Origin: a virus
Length of the DNA stretch: 64,000 nt
IMG/VR virus record: IMGVR_UViG_3300006192_000008
Span: 1-64,000 of that record
Reading direction: 5' to 3' (one strand)
A model generated the notes under the pieces. It saw only the letters and a program-made list of their open reading frames with translations, was not told the DNA's origin and searched no databases. A program made the position numbers and the translations under genes. Shown here in pieces: positions 22,421 to 32,806 of the stretch (position 1 is the first letter of the stretch; the number at the start of each line of letters is the position of its first letter).

Positions 22421-22689
22421 ATCTGTAGGGGGAATTATGTTGATTGGTTTGGTTCCAACAGGTAGAGTAAAAGAAGATTATAGGCTACACATTAAGAACA
22501 AACGTGACTACGATATTGCGGTAAGTTCTGGTGTAGCATGGGTAGCTTATGAAAACCTCCCCTTGTCTTGGTCTGAAGCAGAGCTAGAGATACTTGCTTA
22601 CAAAGCTAAAGTAGAATATTGTGAATGCACTAGAGCTGATAATTATGAAGCGTCTAGTCGATTGGATAGTTGAATAAGGAGGAGGAAGA

Positions 22690-23754
22690 ATGACACAGAT
22701 TACAGCGAGGGTAATTGCTCACAGTAAGAGTGCTGTGAATGGGAAAGAAATTATTACGTTTGAGTTGGAATTTCCTCGACTGATTCTCGCAGAGTTCAAC
22801 ACTCACAACGCCTTATCCAAGAATGCTTCCAGCTCTCGTGCAATTCCTGTAGCCAAGATGCTAGAGCAAGTTCGCAACAATCCTGCAATGCCTGTACGCT
22901 TTGGTAAGAAGAATAAAGGCATGCAGGATGATGGTGAACACAATGACCTAGTGATTATGACCAACCAACAAGCAGACTCTTGGGGCGGTATGTACCCAGA
23001 AGATGCTTGGCGGTATGCTGCAAACATTGCTGCTGATTTTGCTCAAGCCTTTGATGATGCCGGATATGCTAAACAAATTTGCAATCGTCTGATTGAGCCT
23101 TTCCAGATGATGAAGGTTGTGATGACTGCAACTGATCTTAATAACTTCATCTGGCTTCGTGATCATCCAGCAGCAGACCCAACGATTGAAGTGCTGTCTA
23201 AGGCTATTAAGGTTGCAAAAGAAGAAAGCACACCCTTTCTTCTTCAACCCGGTGAGTGGCACTTACCTTATGTAGAGACAACTCGTGACTTCAGTGGTAA
23301 GATTCTGTATATCATAACAACAGACAGAGATGATCCAGAACGTGTCCCAGATGTTGAATATGATCGGTATGTGAGGATTCTAAGTGAAGAGGATGCTCTT
23401 GCGATAAGCGCTAGCTGTTGTGCTCAAGTTAGTTTTAGATCACTTGACGATAGTATTGAAAAAGCGTATAGTGTTGTTCAAAAGTTGAATCTTGGAGGTG
23501 CTGATAATGAACCAGTACATGCAAGTCCTCTGGAACATCAGGCGTCGCCGATGAAAGAAACAACTTATCATCGTGTAGATAAGTACCCAGATATGTACGT
23601 GACTAAATCTCTAGATCAGAATAATCCAGAGAATATTAAATCTTGGCAAGAGGGTATTACGCATGTGACACGAGAAGGGGAGTTTGGTTCTGGTAACTTA
23701 AAAGGCTTTATTCAATACCGCCAACTTATTCCAAACAATGTAAAGCGAGGTTGA
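22690..23754 (+). CDS. thyX: Flavin-dependent thymidylate synthase
   Basis: PRLILAEFNTH...NASSSRAIP, KQICNRLIEPF, HASPLEH. Confidence 0.85.
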   Translation: MTQITARVIAHSKSAVNGKEIITFELEFPRLILAEFNTHNALSKNASSSRAIPVAKMLEQVRNNPAMPVRFGKKNKGMQDDGEHNDLVIMTNQQADSWGGMYPEDAWRYAANIAADFAQAFDDAGYAKQICNRLIEPFQMMKVVMTATDLNNFIWLRDHPAADPTIEVLSKAIKVAKEESTPFLLQPGEWHLPYVETTRDFSGKILYIITTDRDDPERVPDVEYDRYVRILSEEDALAISASCCAQVSFRSLDDSIEKAYSVVQKLNLGGADNEPVHASPLEHQASPMKETTYHRVDKYPDMYVTKSLDQNNPENIKSWQEGITHVTREGEFGSGNLKGFIQYRQLIPNNVKRG

Positions 23755-23947
23755 TTAAATGAATGACTATCCAAAATCACAATGGATTTTTGAGCTTGTA
23801 AACATTATGTCTAAGCGTCAATTGATTCCTAAGAAAGATGCTCTGTGGGCTATCATGGAAGAGATTGAGGAATATGATGAAATGTTTGCAGAGGGTTTGA
23901 GTCCACAAGAAGTTTATGCAGAAATCACAGAATGAATAAGGAATAAT

Positions 23948-24334
23948 ATGAATATTGATTACAGTGACACATACAACCAATTTTTATCTTTTGTAGACCT
24001 TGAACGTGATCCTGAATGGAATGATGCTTGGAAAGCACAGGACGAAAAGAAAGTAGAACAACTACTACATAAGTATGGTGCTGATCTTAAATACGGCTGG
24101 GAAGTAGAAGTAATCCTCCATCGTCCACGTACAAGCAATGCAGCAGAATATGGCCCTAAGATTAACTTTGTAGAGCGTACAGATGCTGAGTTTGCTCCCT
24201 ATGTAGCTACGGAAGATATGATTGCTAATACTAAAGACTCGTTCTTGAAAGCAGAACTAATGGTGATGAGCAAGCGTAGTAACTTTAGTGGTGATTTGAT
24301 TGACCGATTCGGTGAAGAAGGGGATGAGATTTGA
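23948..24334 (+). CDS. Hypothetical protein
   Basis: 128-aa ORF coupled to nrdA. Confidence 0.7.
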   Translation: MNIDYSDTYNQFLSFVDLERDPEWNDAWKAQDEKKVEQLLHKYGADLKYGWEVEVILHRPRTSNAAEYGPKINFVERTDAEFAPYVATEDMIANTKDSFLKAELMVMSKRSNFSGDLIDRFGEEGDEI

Positions 24335-26184
24335 AAGAGGGGAATGTAAAGCAACACCTTGGTATTTTGATTGATTACTCACGAGACTCTGACATTCCAG
24401 AGCAGGGTTTCTCAATGTTGACTCGAAAAGGGTTTTATAAAAAGGACTGGGAGACAAGCCCTCAAGAAGGTTTTGCACGAGCTGCGACTTGCTACTGTTT
24501 TGGTGACTATGACTTTGCTCAACGTATTTATGACTATGCAAGTAAAGGTTGGTATACTAACGCAAGTCCTGTTCTGAGTAATGCTGTTGAGGTCGAGTGG
24601 CCAACTTTCACCAAGGAGCAGTTTGATGAAGCTGGCGATTGGATGGAAGAAAATGTTTCTCCCGAAGGTATGCCAATCTCTTGTTTTCTCGTGAAGATTC
24701 CTGATACTAAGGAAGGATTGGTAGAGGCAAGCTGTGAAACTAAGTGGCTTTCAATGGCAGGGGGTGGTATTGGTGTATGGGCTGCTAATCGTAGTCCAGA
24801 TGAAAAGTCTACTGGTGTAATGGCCCACATGAGCGGATATGATGCTGATACACTTGCATACAAGCAAACCGGCTCTCGACGTGGTAGTGTTGCAGCTTAT
24901 CTTGATATTGACCATCCTGAGATTATGCAGTTTATTGGTATGCGTGACCCTGTTGGTGGTGATCAGAACAAAAAGTGTTTTAATATGAACAACGCAGTAA
25001 CAATCACTGACAAGTTTATGGTTGCTGTGATTAAAGGGGAAGACTACGAACTGGTTGACCCTAAACATGGCCCCACTGGACGTTACCTGAGTGCTAAAGA
25101 GGTATGGGAAAAGATTCTACAGATGCGCTTTGAGACTGGTGAGCCTTACATCATGTGGAAGGACACAGTTAATCGGGCAATTCCTGAATGGATTAAGAAC
25201 CCGCACTACCATGTAGGACAAAGCAACTTGTGCAGTGAGATTACACTTTGGACTTCTGAGAAAAGAACTGCGGTTTGCTGCTTGAGCAGCCTGAACCTTG
25301 ATAAGTACGATGAATGGAAAGATACACAAATTGTTGAAGACTTGGTTCGTTATCTCGACAATGTGCTTGAATACTTTATTCGTCTTGCTCCAAAAGAGCT
25401 TAGTAAGGCTGTCTACTCTGCAAGCAAAGAGAGGGCTATTGGTTTAGGTACACTTGGCTGGCACTCTTATTTACAAAGTAAGATGATCCCATTTGAGAGT
25501 GGTGGGTTTAACAGCGCGATTCAACATACTCATCTAGTGTACGGCAACATTAAAAAGAAAGCTGTTGCTGCAAGCCTGATGCTGGCCGACGAGCGTGGCG
25601 AAGCATCTGATTGTGTTGGTAGTGGTATGCGTAATAGTCACCTACTGGCAATTGCACCCAATGCATCTTCATCTTCCTTAGTTGGTGTTAGTCCAAGCAT
25701 TGAGCCATGGAAGGATAACTGTTTTGTTGCTGATGGTCGTGCTGGAGCATTTCTAATCAAGAATAAATACCTTGAGAAGACTTTAGAGAAGTATGGGCAG
25801 AACACAAAAGAAACATGGAAGAGTATTCAGGATAATGGTGGAAGTGTTCAGCACTTGGAATACCTGAGTGACCTTGAAAAAGAAGTGTTTAAAACATCAT
25901 CTGAAGTAAGCCCAATGTACATTATCGAGCAAGCAGCTGCACGGACACCTCATATCTGTCAGGCCACATCTGTTAACATCTTTGTTACTGCGGATATCAC
26001 TAAAGAAGAAATGTCAGATATTCATATGGCTGCTTGGGCTAAGGGTGTTAAAACTCTTTACTATTGCCGTGCTGAAGGTGCAGATAAGGCAAACATTGGT
26101 ACGGGGGCAGACAAGCCGCTTAATGCTGTCAGTGTACGAAAGAAGATTGAATATGATAATGGCTGTGTAGCTTGTGAAGCATAA
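24331..26184 (+). CDS. nrdA: Class I ribonucleotide reductase, large subunit
   Basis: PISCF, SNLCSE, VCCLSS, KTLYY, C-terminal CVAC. Confidence 0.95.
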   Translation: MKEGNVKQHLGILIDYSRDSDIPEQGFSMLTRKGFYKKDWETSPQEGFARAATCYCFGDYDFAQRIYDYASKGWYTNASPVLSNAVEVEWPTFTKEQFDEAGDWMEENVSPEGMPISCFLVKIPDTKEGLVEASCETKWLSMAGGGIGVWAANRSPDEKSTGVMAHMSGYDADTLAYKQTGSRRGSVAAYLDIDHPEIMQFIGMRDPVGGDQNKKCFNMNNAVTITDKFMVAVIKGEDYELVDPKHGPTGRYLSAKEVWEKILQMRFETGEPYIMWKDTVNRAIPEWIKNPHYHVGQSNLCSEITLWTSEKRTAVCCLSSLNLDKYDEWKDTQIVEDLVRYLDNVLEYFIRLAPKELSKAVYSASKERAIGLGTLGWHSYLQSKMIPFESGGFNSAIQHTHLVYGNIKKKAVAASLMLADERGEASDCVGSGMRNSHLLAIAPNASSSSLVGVSPSIEPWKDNCFVADGRAGAFLIKNKYLEKTLEKYGQNTKETWKSIQDNGGSVQHLEYLSDLEKEVFKTSSEVSPMYIIEQAAARTPHICQATSVNIFVTADITKEEMSDIHMAAWAKGVKTLYYCRAEGADKANIGTGADKPLNAVSVRKKIEYDNGCVACEA

Positions 26185-26192
26185 GGAGAACT

Positions 26193-27209
26193 ATGTCAGT
26201 TTTTGAAGAGAGTAAATCGTATCGTCCATTCACGTATTCTTGGGCTGCGGAGGCAGCTCAGAAACACAATATTGATATGTATTGGGACGTACATCAAATT
26301 AACTTGCAAGATGATATTCAGCAGTATTTTTCCAAGGATGGTCTGAAGACGAAGAGTATTAGTCACGAGCAGAATAAGAATATCCTTGATAAGACTTTGT
26401 GTCTATTTACAGAGATGGACAAGACTGTTGGTGGCGGTTATACAGAAGTTTTGCATCTGATTAAGAACAATGAAATCAGAAACATGCTTATGACTTTTGC
26501 AGCTCGTGAGGTTATTCACCAACGTGCATATGCTCTAGCTGCTGAGACTTTTGGTTTTAGTAACGATGATTGGTCTGCTTTTGCTTCATATAAAGAGATG
26601 GCAGATAAACTAGATGTTATGGTAGAAGATTTGACGCCAGTTGGGGCAAGCGACCAACTGCGAGCTGCAATCAAGCTGACTCAGATTCTTATGGGAGAAG
26701 GTATTGGTTTGTTTGGTGCCTTTGCAACATTGCTGAATCAGAAGCGCTCAGGTATCCTTAATGGCTTCAATGATATTAATGAGTGGTCACTAAAGGATGA
26801 GCAGGAACACGTAACCAACAATATCCGTACTGTCAAGGAAATAGAAAATGATCTGACAGAAGTAGAACGCTTGGTTCTGAAGGATGTTACATTTAAGCTT
26901 GTTGAGAAATTTGAAGAGGTTGAAGGTGTTTACATTGATTTGGTGTTTGAGCTTGGCGGTGGAGAGGATTTAACTGTAGAGGGGATGAAAGAATTTATTC
27001 ACTACCTCGGCAAACTTCGCTTGTTCCAACGTGGTTATATCAGCTTTACAGAAGTCCCTAAGAATCCTTTGGAGTGGATGGAGTGGCTACTTAGTGCTGG
27101 TAGACATAAGAACTTCTTTGAAGCTAAGGTTGTTGATTATGTGCACAAGGAATTGCCGGGGGAAGTGAATTACAATAAATACCTACACATTCTTACTGAA
27201 CGTGCTTGA
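26193..27209 (+). CDS. nrdB: Class I ribonucleotide reductase, small subunit
   Basis: REVIHQRAY, DEQEH, NFFE..V.DY. Confidence 0.95.
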   Translation: MSVFEESKSYRPFTYSWAAEAAQKHNIDMYWDVHQINLQDDIQQYFSKDGLKTKSISHEQNKNILDKTLCLFTEMDKTVGGGYTEVLHLIKNNEIRNMLMTFAAREVIHQRAYALAAETFGFSNDDWSAFASYKEMADKLDVMVEDLTPVGASDQLRAAIKLTQILMGEGIGLFGAFATLLNQKRSGILNGFNDINEWSLKDEQEHVTNNIRTVKEIENDLTEVERLVLKDVTFKLVEKFEEVEGVYIDLVFELGGGEDLTVEGMKEFIHYLGKLRLFQRGYISFTEVPKNPLEWMEWLLSAGRHKNFFEAKVVDYVHKELPGEVNYNKYLHILTERA

Positions 27210-27439
27210 CAACAAAATCTGATGTATTACTCTTAGCCCCCATAGCCTCTGGTTGTGGGCGTTTTCTTAGGAGGGATTTATGTACGACTTAGCTAACTTC
27301 ATCCCATTCAAAGGTAACGAGAGTAAAGTGACGAACGGCAGTCACGCTGTACTTACATGGAGCAAAAAATCAGGCTACTATTTCACTGAATTTGGGTTTT
27401 GTGTAGAAGCCCTTGTAATAGCAATTGAGGAGGTGTAAG

Positions 27440-28386
27440 ATGGAAATTGATATTCGTACAAAGACTAAAGACGTAATCGACCGTATCCGCTTTGATGAAC
27501 CTACTGCACAAGAAGATGGATTGTTTGCAGATACCCTTTGGTTTTACTCTGGGGATTGTAATGTTTGGCTGAGCAAGTCTACTGAACCAGATGCTATTCT
27601 TGGCATTCGTAATATTAGGCAAGCTGAAAACTTGATCAAATCAATTCAGAAAGCTATTGATCTTGGGTGGTTTGAATGAGCCTTGCAGAACTGCTACTCA
27701 AAATAGATAACCAGTACAACCAGCATTACCAAACAGTAATCAACGGACTTACTCTTGAACAAGGGATTGCCATTTGCAAGGAACTTGAGGAGTATACAGG
27801 TGGTCAACATAGCTTTGTTCTAGAGCTGTGGACAGATGGAGCCTTCACTATCTATAAGAAAGATGGGATTGCTCTTGGTGAAGATCAGATGATTGTTTCT
27901 ACTAATTAAGGAGGGTTTATGCGTAAACACAAAGGTAAGTGGATTGTAAATGTAAAAGATACCTACCACTTGGGAGAGATTGATAGTGCTGTGCTTGCTC
28001 ACATCCAGAAGCTCTACGATACTATCAAAGATCGTGAGACTATTGGCATCCCAATGACTTATGTAGAGAAACAAGCGGTCATCCAAGGATTGGAAGATAA
28101 ATACTCAGACGATGTTGACTTGGACGCCGCACATCAGCTACGCTTGCGTGATTTGGAAGAGTTGATTTGGGTGTTCACAGACAATGAACCAAAGATTCAA
28201 GATTATGACTTTGAGATTAATTTCATTGGCGGAGAGCCAACAGAACGTGGTACTATCCCTTGCACAGTGGAAGTAATTAACCAAGAAGGGCGTGATCGCT
28301 ATCACGAGGACGAGAAGGTCTACTGGGAACGTAAGCTGAGAGGCTACGAGCTTGCTGGTAAGTTGTGGCGTGAATTGCAGTGGTAA
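27440..28386 (+). CDS. Hypothetical genes (~27440-27679, 27676-27909, 27919-28386)
   Basis: Last ORFs of the rightward block, with RBSs. Confidence 0.7.
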
Positions 28387-28399
28387 TTAAATAGCAGAC

Positions 28400-28445
28400 A
28401 AAAGAAAGCCCCGGCAAGAACCTTCATTGGCTCTCCGGGGCTTTA
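28400..28445. terminator. Terminator at the convergence of the two blocks
   Basis: AAAGCCCCGG...CCGGGGCTTT with flanking A/T tracts. Confidence 0.8.
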
Positions 28446-28543
28446 TCATTTCTAAGGAGGCATAATCGCATGGACAATTATGTCACACGAGAGACTCTTT
28501 CTTGCGAAAGATGGCTTGCTAAATACAAGCTCTTATAATTGTT

Positions 28544-28882
28544 CTACTTTGAGATGGTATTTGTGTTCGTGTTAATCACTCTTGAATTTGATTTAGCACG
28601 AGCTTCAAGAGAATCCATCCTACGCTCCAGAACATATATCCTACTGGATATAGCACTCTGATAAGCATCAGATGTTCCAGCCACTCGATTCACTTTATCC
28701 TCAAGGTAAATCACATTGCTGAACATTGCATCATTCATTTCTTTCTTAGCAGCACTAATCGAAGAATCGTTATTGTTATTATCCCATCTATCGTAAATCA
28801 GAATTGCAGCCAAAAGAAGGAATGTAGCATTCACTGTTGTTTGAATTGTTTGTGCTATCAAGGCAGTTTTCCTTCTTTCCAT
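28544..28882 (-). CDS. Membrane-anchored protein in lysis cassette
   Basis: N-terminal hydrophobic helix plus coiled coil. Confidence 0.55.
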   Translation of the reverse strand: MERRKTALIAQTIQTTVNATFLLLAAILIYDRWDNNNNDSSISAAKKEMNDAMFSNVIYLEDKVNRVAGTSDAYQSAISSRIYVLERRMDSLEARAKSNSRVINTNTNTISK

Positions 28883-28888
28883 GAAATG

Positions 28889-29203
28889 TTACCTGCGTTT
28901 GTCGCTGTAATTATCTTGTTGGTTTTGGTTCATCTTAATCAGAAGGTCTAGCTTAGAGTTCATATCTGTTCGCATAGAAGAGATTTGGTTGTCTACGTGT
29001 AAACGCACACCATCAATACTCTTGCTAATACGATCTTCTAGGACACGAGCCTTAGCTTCTGTAAAGCTTTCTGCTTGAAGGTTGTAGACACGATCTTCAA
29101 GCTTAGCTTGTGCGTTATACTGCCAACTAACTATTAAGAAGAGAGCGCTGATAGCAACCTTCTCTAGAATATTGACAAGTCTAGTGTTATCAGGGGTTGC
29201 CAT
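28889..29203 (-). CDS. Membrane protein, possible holin/antiholin-type
   Basis: Single N-terminal TM segment next to the spanins. Confidence 0.5.
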   Translation of the reverse strand: MATPDNTRLVNILEKVAISALFLIVSWQYNAQAKLEDRVYNLQAESFTEAKARVLEDRISKSIDGVRLHVDNQISSMRTDMNSKLDLLIKMNQNQQDNYSDKRR

Positions 29204-29477
29204 AAATCAGCTCCATTTCTTTCTTATGTCTTCGCTGTTTCTCAAGGAGTAGCTTATACTGCCCCAAGCAGGACGTATTAGCGACGTATCCCTTCGCGAG
29301 TAGGCGTACAGTATCTCCAGCACTAATCGCCTCACAGGGATCAACTAGGAGGCTCTCAGGGGTGGTCACAATTATTTCCTTTTGCACGTAGACATACTTC
29401 GGAGAGCAACCTGACAAGATCATCACTAAGCCTAGCGTCAAGAGACGCAGGAGTGTCTTTGGTTTGTTCCTTAACAT
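29190..29477 (-). CDS. o-spanin (Rz1-like lipoprotein)
   Basis: Lipobox ILSGC; overlaps the i-spanin in another frame. Confidence 0.8.
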   Translation of the reverse strand: MLRNKPKTLLRLLTLGLVMILSGCSPKYVYVQKEIIVTTPESLLVDPCEAISAGDTVRLLAKGYVANTSCLGQYKLLLEKQRRHKKEMELIYGNP

Positions 29478-29793
29478 TCTCTTGCCTCTTTGGGTTACTT
29501 TCTATTTGGACGGGCACTGATGGGAGTTTATCAATATCGTTCAAAACACCATCTCTTTCTTTAACAATCTCTTGCTTTTCTTTAGTGTAATCGGAGACAA
29601 TAGCGTCTGTGATTTTACAAGCTGTTTCTTTCTTGTCTAAAGACTCTTTCAAATCTTTGTTAGCGTCTACAGCTGTAACCAGCTGGGATTCAGCTACAGT
29701 TTTGTCAGAATAGAAAGAGTAGGATAGATAGCCAAATAAGCAATTCAGGGAGACTGAAACAAAGAGTGCAATGATCAGAGGTTTACTCAGCAT
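29356..29793 (-). CDS. i-spanin (Rz-like)
   Basis: N-terminal TM segment, coiled coil, C-terminal Cys. Confidence 0.8.
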   Translation of the reverse strand: MLSKPLIIALFVSVSLNCLFGYLSYSFYSDKTVAESQLVTAVDANKDLKESLDKKETACKITDAIVSDYTKEKQEIVKERDGVLNDIDKLPSVPVQIESNPKRQENVKEQTKDTPASLDARLSDDLVRLLSEVCLRAKGNNCDHP

Positions 29794-30010
29794 CTTGGTT
29801 ATCCTCTAATTGTTGGTCGATAAAGCGACCTACCAACCCAAACAAACCAAAGCTGATAGCTAATCCAGCAAGAAGAGGAAAGGCGATATCAGAAGACAAT
29901 ACACCAAGAACAGCCAGTCCACTAATGCTAAGGGCAATAAGAAAGTTTCCTAGCATAGAAAGGAATGAGTAGGACTTCAGAATCTTCTTTTTATTTGGTA
30001 ACAGTTTCAT
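29783..30010 (-). CDS. Probable holin
   Basis: 75 aa, two TM helices, charged termini. Confidence 0.65.
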   Translation of the reverse strand: MKLLPNKKKILKSYSFLSMLGNFLIALSISGLAVLGVLSSDIAFPLLAGLAISFGLFGLVGRFIDQQLEDNQDAE

Positions 30011-30327
30011 TAGGTTCTTTAACCCCTTCTAGGCAAAGTTTATTCTCAGCTTCCCGACGAAGAGTAAACCCTTTCAGCCTCTTACCCCGCTTTATCCCAC
30101 CGAAGAAGTTGATTACAAGCATCAACTCTTTGCCCTTCAACGGCTTCTTGAGGAGAGTGGATTTTGAGAATGCACCAACATTATATGAAAAGAGAGACTA
30201 TTAAAATATAAACTTCTTGAACAACACCCTCAGATGGTGCAGCATGGTCGTATGCAACAAAAGCAGCCGGGGCACTAAGTCCCACTGCAATAAATGCCGC
30301 AATTAGTCTAGTTTTTATACTTTTCAT
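29993..30327 (-). pseudogene. Decayed SAR-type lysozyme (endolysin) gene
   Basis: MKSIKTRLIAAFIAVGLS...SEG, then out-of-frame FSYNVGAFSKSTLLKK, GQRVDACNQLLRWDKA, KRLKGFTLRREAENKLCL; central part missing. Confidence 0.8.
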
Positions 30328-30352
30328 TTTACACCATTATCGATTGGCAGCA

Positions 30353-30390
30353 AATAATCCCGACCTAGCTAAAGCTAGGTCGGGATTATT
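30353..30390. terminator. Perfect 18-bp inverted repeat (probable terminator)
   Basis: AATAATCCCGACCTAGCT-AA-AGCTAGGTCGGGATTATT. Confidence 0.75.
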
Positions 30391-30479
30391 CATTACTTAC
30401 CTATAAAAGCAGCACCCCTTCACATGGTAGAGTCGCTCCCGTATTTCAGAGAGAGTCATGGGTTTCTCTTTAAGCGGGA

Positions 30480-32384
30480 CTAGCCCCGCTTACTCGGAAT
30501 ACGCAACTGACAGCCTACTGCCCCATTGGACCCCGTATGGACCAGCTTCAGTTCACCGTTAGGGCTGGCGTCAATGACCGCTGGAGTCGTGCCTGTGGCG
30601 GCCACGAGAGAGTAGAAGTCGGCAGGGCGATACCCTAGTGGGAGCGTAGCCAATACGGTGCCTGAAGTGTTTGTTCCAGCGTTGAAGCCCGTAGAGATTA
30701 CAACGTCACCATTCTCCTCCTTCCAAAAATCGCCGCCAAGCCATCCATTTGCTAGGGCAGGCTGAGTTCGCAGTGTGTTGTAGGTGCCATATCCATTGTC
30801 TACGACCATCATGGGAAAGCGCGAAGCGGGCCTGGGATTCGCGACGGTTCCCTTAACAATGTTATCCCTACGCGGCATGGTGTATTGGGCATTCCCCGTC
30901 AGATACAGGTCTGCGACAGAAGGAGCGCCCATCGTGTTGGCTGTAATATCGGTAAGATTAGCATTGTTTACATAGATCAGGTAGTCCAAATTGGTGCCGC
31001 CGCCAAGATTACAGTTTTCTATACGCACGCCTTCGCACGGCCTGGAAACTCCCTCTATTACGATATGGGCGCGCTCTGCGGATTGGGACTGCGCGGCTTG
31101 CTGCTCAATCTGGACATTGCGGATCTTTATCTGAGAACCGTCTTTAACTCTGATTGCACAATCACGATTGACTAGCGTGCCACCATCTACTGTCGTACAG
31201 TAAGCTCCGTCCAGAAGTTGAAGTATAATCCCAGTCTCTCCACCAACCAAATTATCATAGAGCTTATTGCCATCAGCACTTGGATCGGCGGGCGTTCCTA
31301 TAGTTACACCTCTGCCAAAAGTGTTATTTTCGATTAGGCAGAATGCGAATTTGGTGGCAACTAAGTCCCTGGCCCCAACGGGGGCGAGCATGTTACAGTT
31401 CCTAATGATAGCATTAAAAATAGGCATGCCAGCCGTATTCTCGATAACATGCATGCCGCCGCCGTTATGAAACAGCATCATGTTCTCAATTCGCAGATCG
31501 CGGCAGTCCAACAGACCGCCGTTATCCGTGATATTCATATTGAGTAGGTTGGTGTACTGCCCTGCACTATCTGCGCGAATGAACGTTGAGCGTGATCCTA
31601 CTCCAATGATGGAGGTCGCAACATTCATCGTAAGGCACGCGCTTCCCTGCCCACTAACTTTGAATCCACCTTCAAAAAGAACGGTGCCAACTCGATCATT
31701 TAGCGCGTCATTCAGCGCATTAGTTGTGTCAAGCACTGGGTTTCCCGACCTAGAGTCCTCCAGCTCCGCCTTAGTCAAGTAGTGCGATATGCTCCTAGTT
31801 TTATCCAGAACTATAATATTGATCCGTTCACCGATAGTTCCGGGTGCATATTTAGTGGAAGGATTGTAGCCTACTAACCCCGCTCCCTCAGTCGGATCAG
31901 TGTCATCTGCAAGATCACCCCTCAAAGCATCAGTATAACCCTGTGCTTGCCCCTGTACAACATCTAGTTTAGCCTGTGTGGCGAAGGCGGTCACATCCTC
32001 AAAAGCAGCGGTGCCGAGAGATGATACTGTTAATTCAACAGCGCCCAACCTAGAAGCTAGTTGTGAAGGGGAGTCAATTAGAGAGGTACTGCTGCCATTA
32101 TACTGGTAGGTGTTACCAGTAGGGCGATCTTTAAATTCAAACCATTTAGGAACAGGGGTACTAAAATAGGTGGTTCCTACAGCAAAGTAAAGACGGTTAT
32201 CTGAGGTATTATAGTGGACTTGACCATTCACAGCAGAAGGTAGGCTCGCTACGATACTATCTACATTACGGTCGAACAAGACGGAGAACTTCAACAGATT
32301 AGAATCCATTCCTGCGTTCCAACCGTTCTCGCCATAGGCCCACCCATAAGCCGTTTCAAGCCAAGGTGATTGTTGTTGAGACAT
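30480..32384 (-). CDS. Tailspike / receptor-binding protein with beta-helix (possible depolymerase)
   Basis: N-terminal anchor (YGWAYGENGW), GAGLVGY junction, Asn/Gly-rich beta-helix repeats. Confidence 0.75.
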   Translation of the reverse strand: MSQQQSPWLETAYGWAYGENGWNAGMDSNLLKFSVLFDRNVDSIVASLPSAVNGQVHYNTSDNRLYFAVGTTYFSTPVPKWFEFKDRPTGNTYQYNGSSTSLIDSPSQLASRLGAVELTVSSLGTAAFEDVTAFATQAKLDVVQGQAQGYTDALRGDLADDTDPTEGAGLVGYNPSTKYAPGTIGERINIIVLDKTRSISHYLTKAELEDSRSGNPVLDTTNALNDALNDRVGTVLFEGGFKVSGQGSACLTMNVATSIIGVGSRSTFIRADSAGQYTNLLNMNITDNGGLLDCRDLRIENMMLFHNGGGMHVIENTAGMPIFNAIIRNCNMLAPVGARDLVATKFAFCLIENNTFGRGVTIGTPADPSADGNKLYDNLVGGETGIILQLLDGAYCTTVDGGTLVNRDCAIRVKDGSQIKIRNVQIEQQAAQSQSAERAHIVIEGVSRPCEGVRIENCNLGGGTNLDYLIYVNNANLTDITANTMGAPSVADLYLTGNAQYTMPRRDNIVKGTVANPRPASRFPMMVVDNGYGTYNTLRTQPALANGWLGGDFWKEENGDVVISTGFNAGTNTSGTVLATLPLGYRPADFYSLVAATGTTPAVIDASPNGELKLVHTGSNGAVGCQLRIPSKRG

Positions 32385-32386
32385 AT

Positions 32387-32806
32387 TTACTCCTTAGATG
32401 GGTTAATTGGTCGGAAATTTTTGTCTGGAAAATTTTCATGTTCAGGCCACGCCCTCAACGCTTTCCTGTACGTTCGCCATTCAGCTACAGAACCAAAAGC
32501 TTTATCATCAGAATCCTGAACTTTCTCTAGCTCATCCCTAGCCCGTTCAATCTCATATCTGCACCAAGAAAGTTCAGAAGCTATAGCATTTAGTTCCATT
32601 AAGGGATTACTAACCCAGCAAGGTTGTCCATCTTTAGACCCCCTTACTTGATCTTCTGGTGGAGCCGAAAGAGCATATTCCTGAAAAACCCTGTAAGGAA
32701 CTTCTTTGGCATCATCCGGCCAAGACTGTGCTTTGTTATACTTTTTCTTATCTTCCTCTAAGTAAAAAGATGCCGTCTTCTCACTAAAATATACTTTAGA
32801 TGCCAC
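32387..32806 (-). CDS. Tail fibre assembly chaperone
   Basis: WPDDAKEV, GQPCW, WRTYRKALRAWP. Confidence 0.8.
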   Translation of the reverse strand: MASKVYFSEKTASFYLEEDKKKYNKAQSWPDDAKEVPYRVFQEYALSAPPEDQVRGSKDGQPCWVSNPLMELNAIASELSWCRYEIERARDELEKVQDSDDKAFGSVAEWRTYRKALRAWPEHENFPDKNFRPINPSKE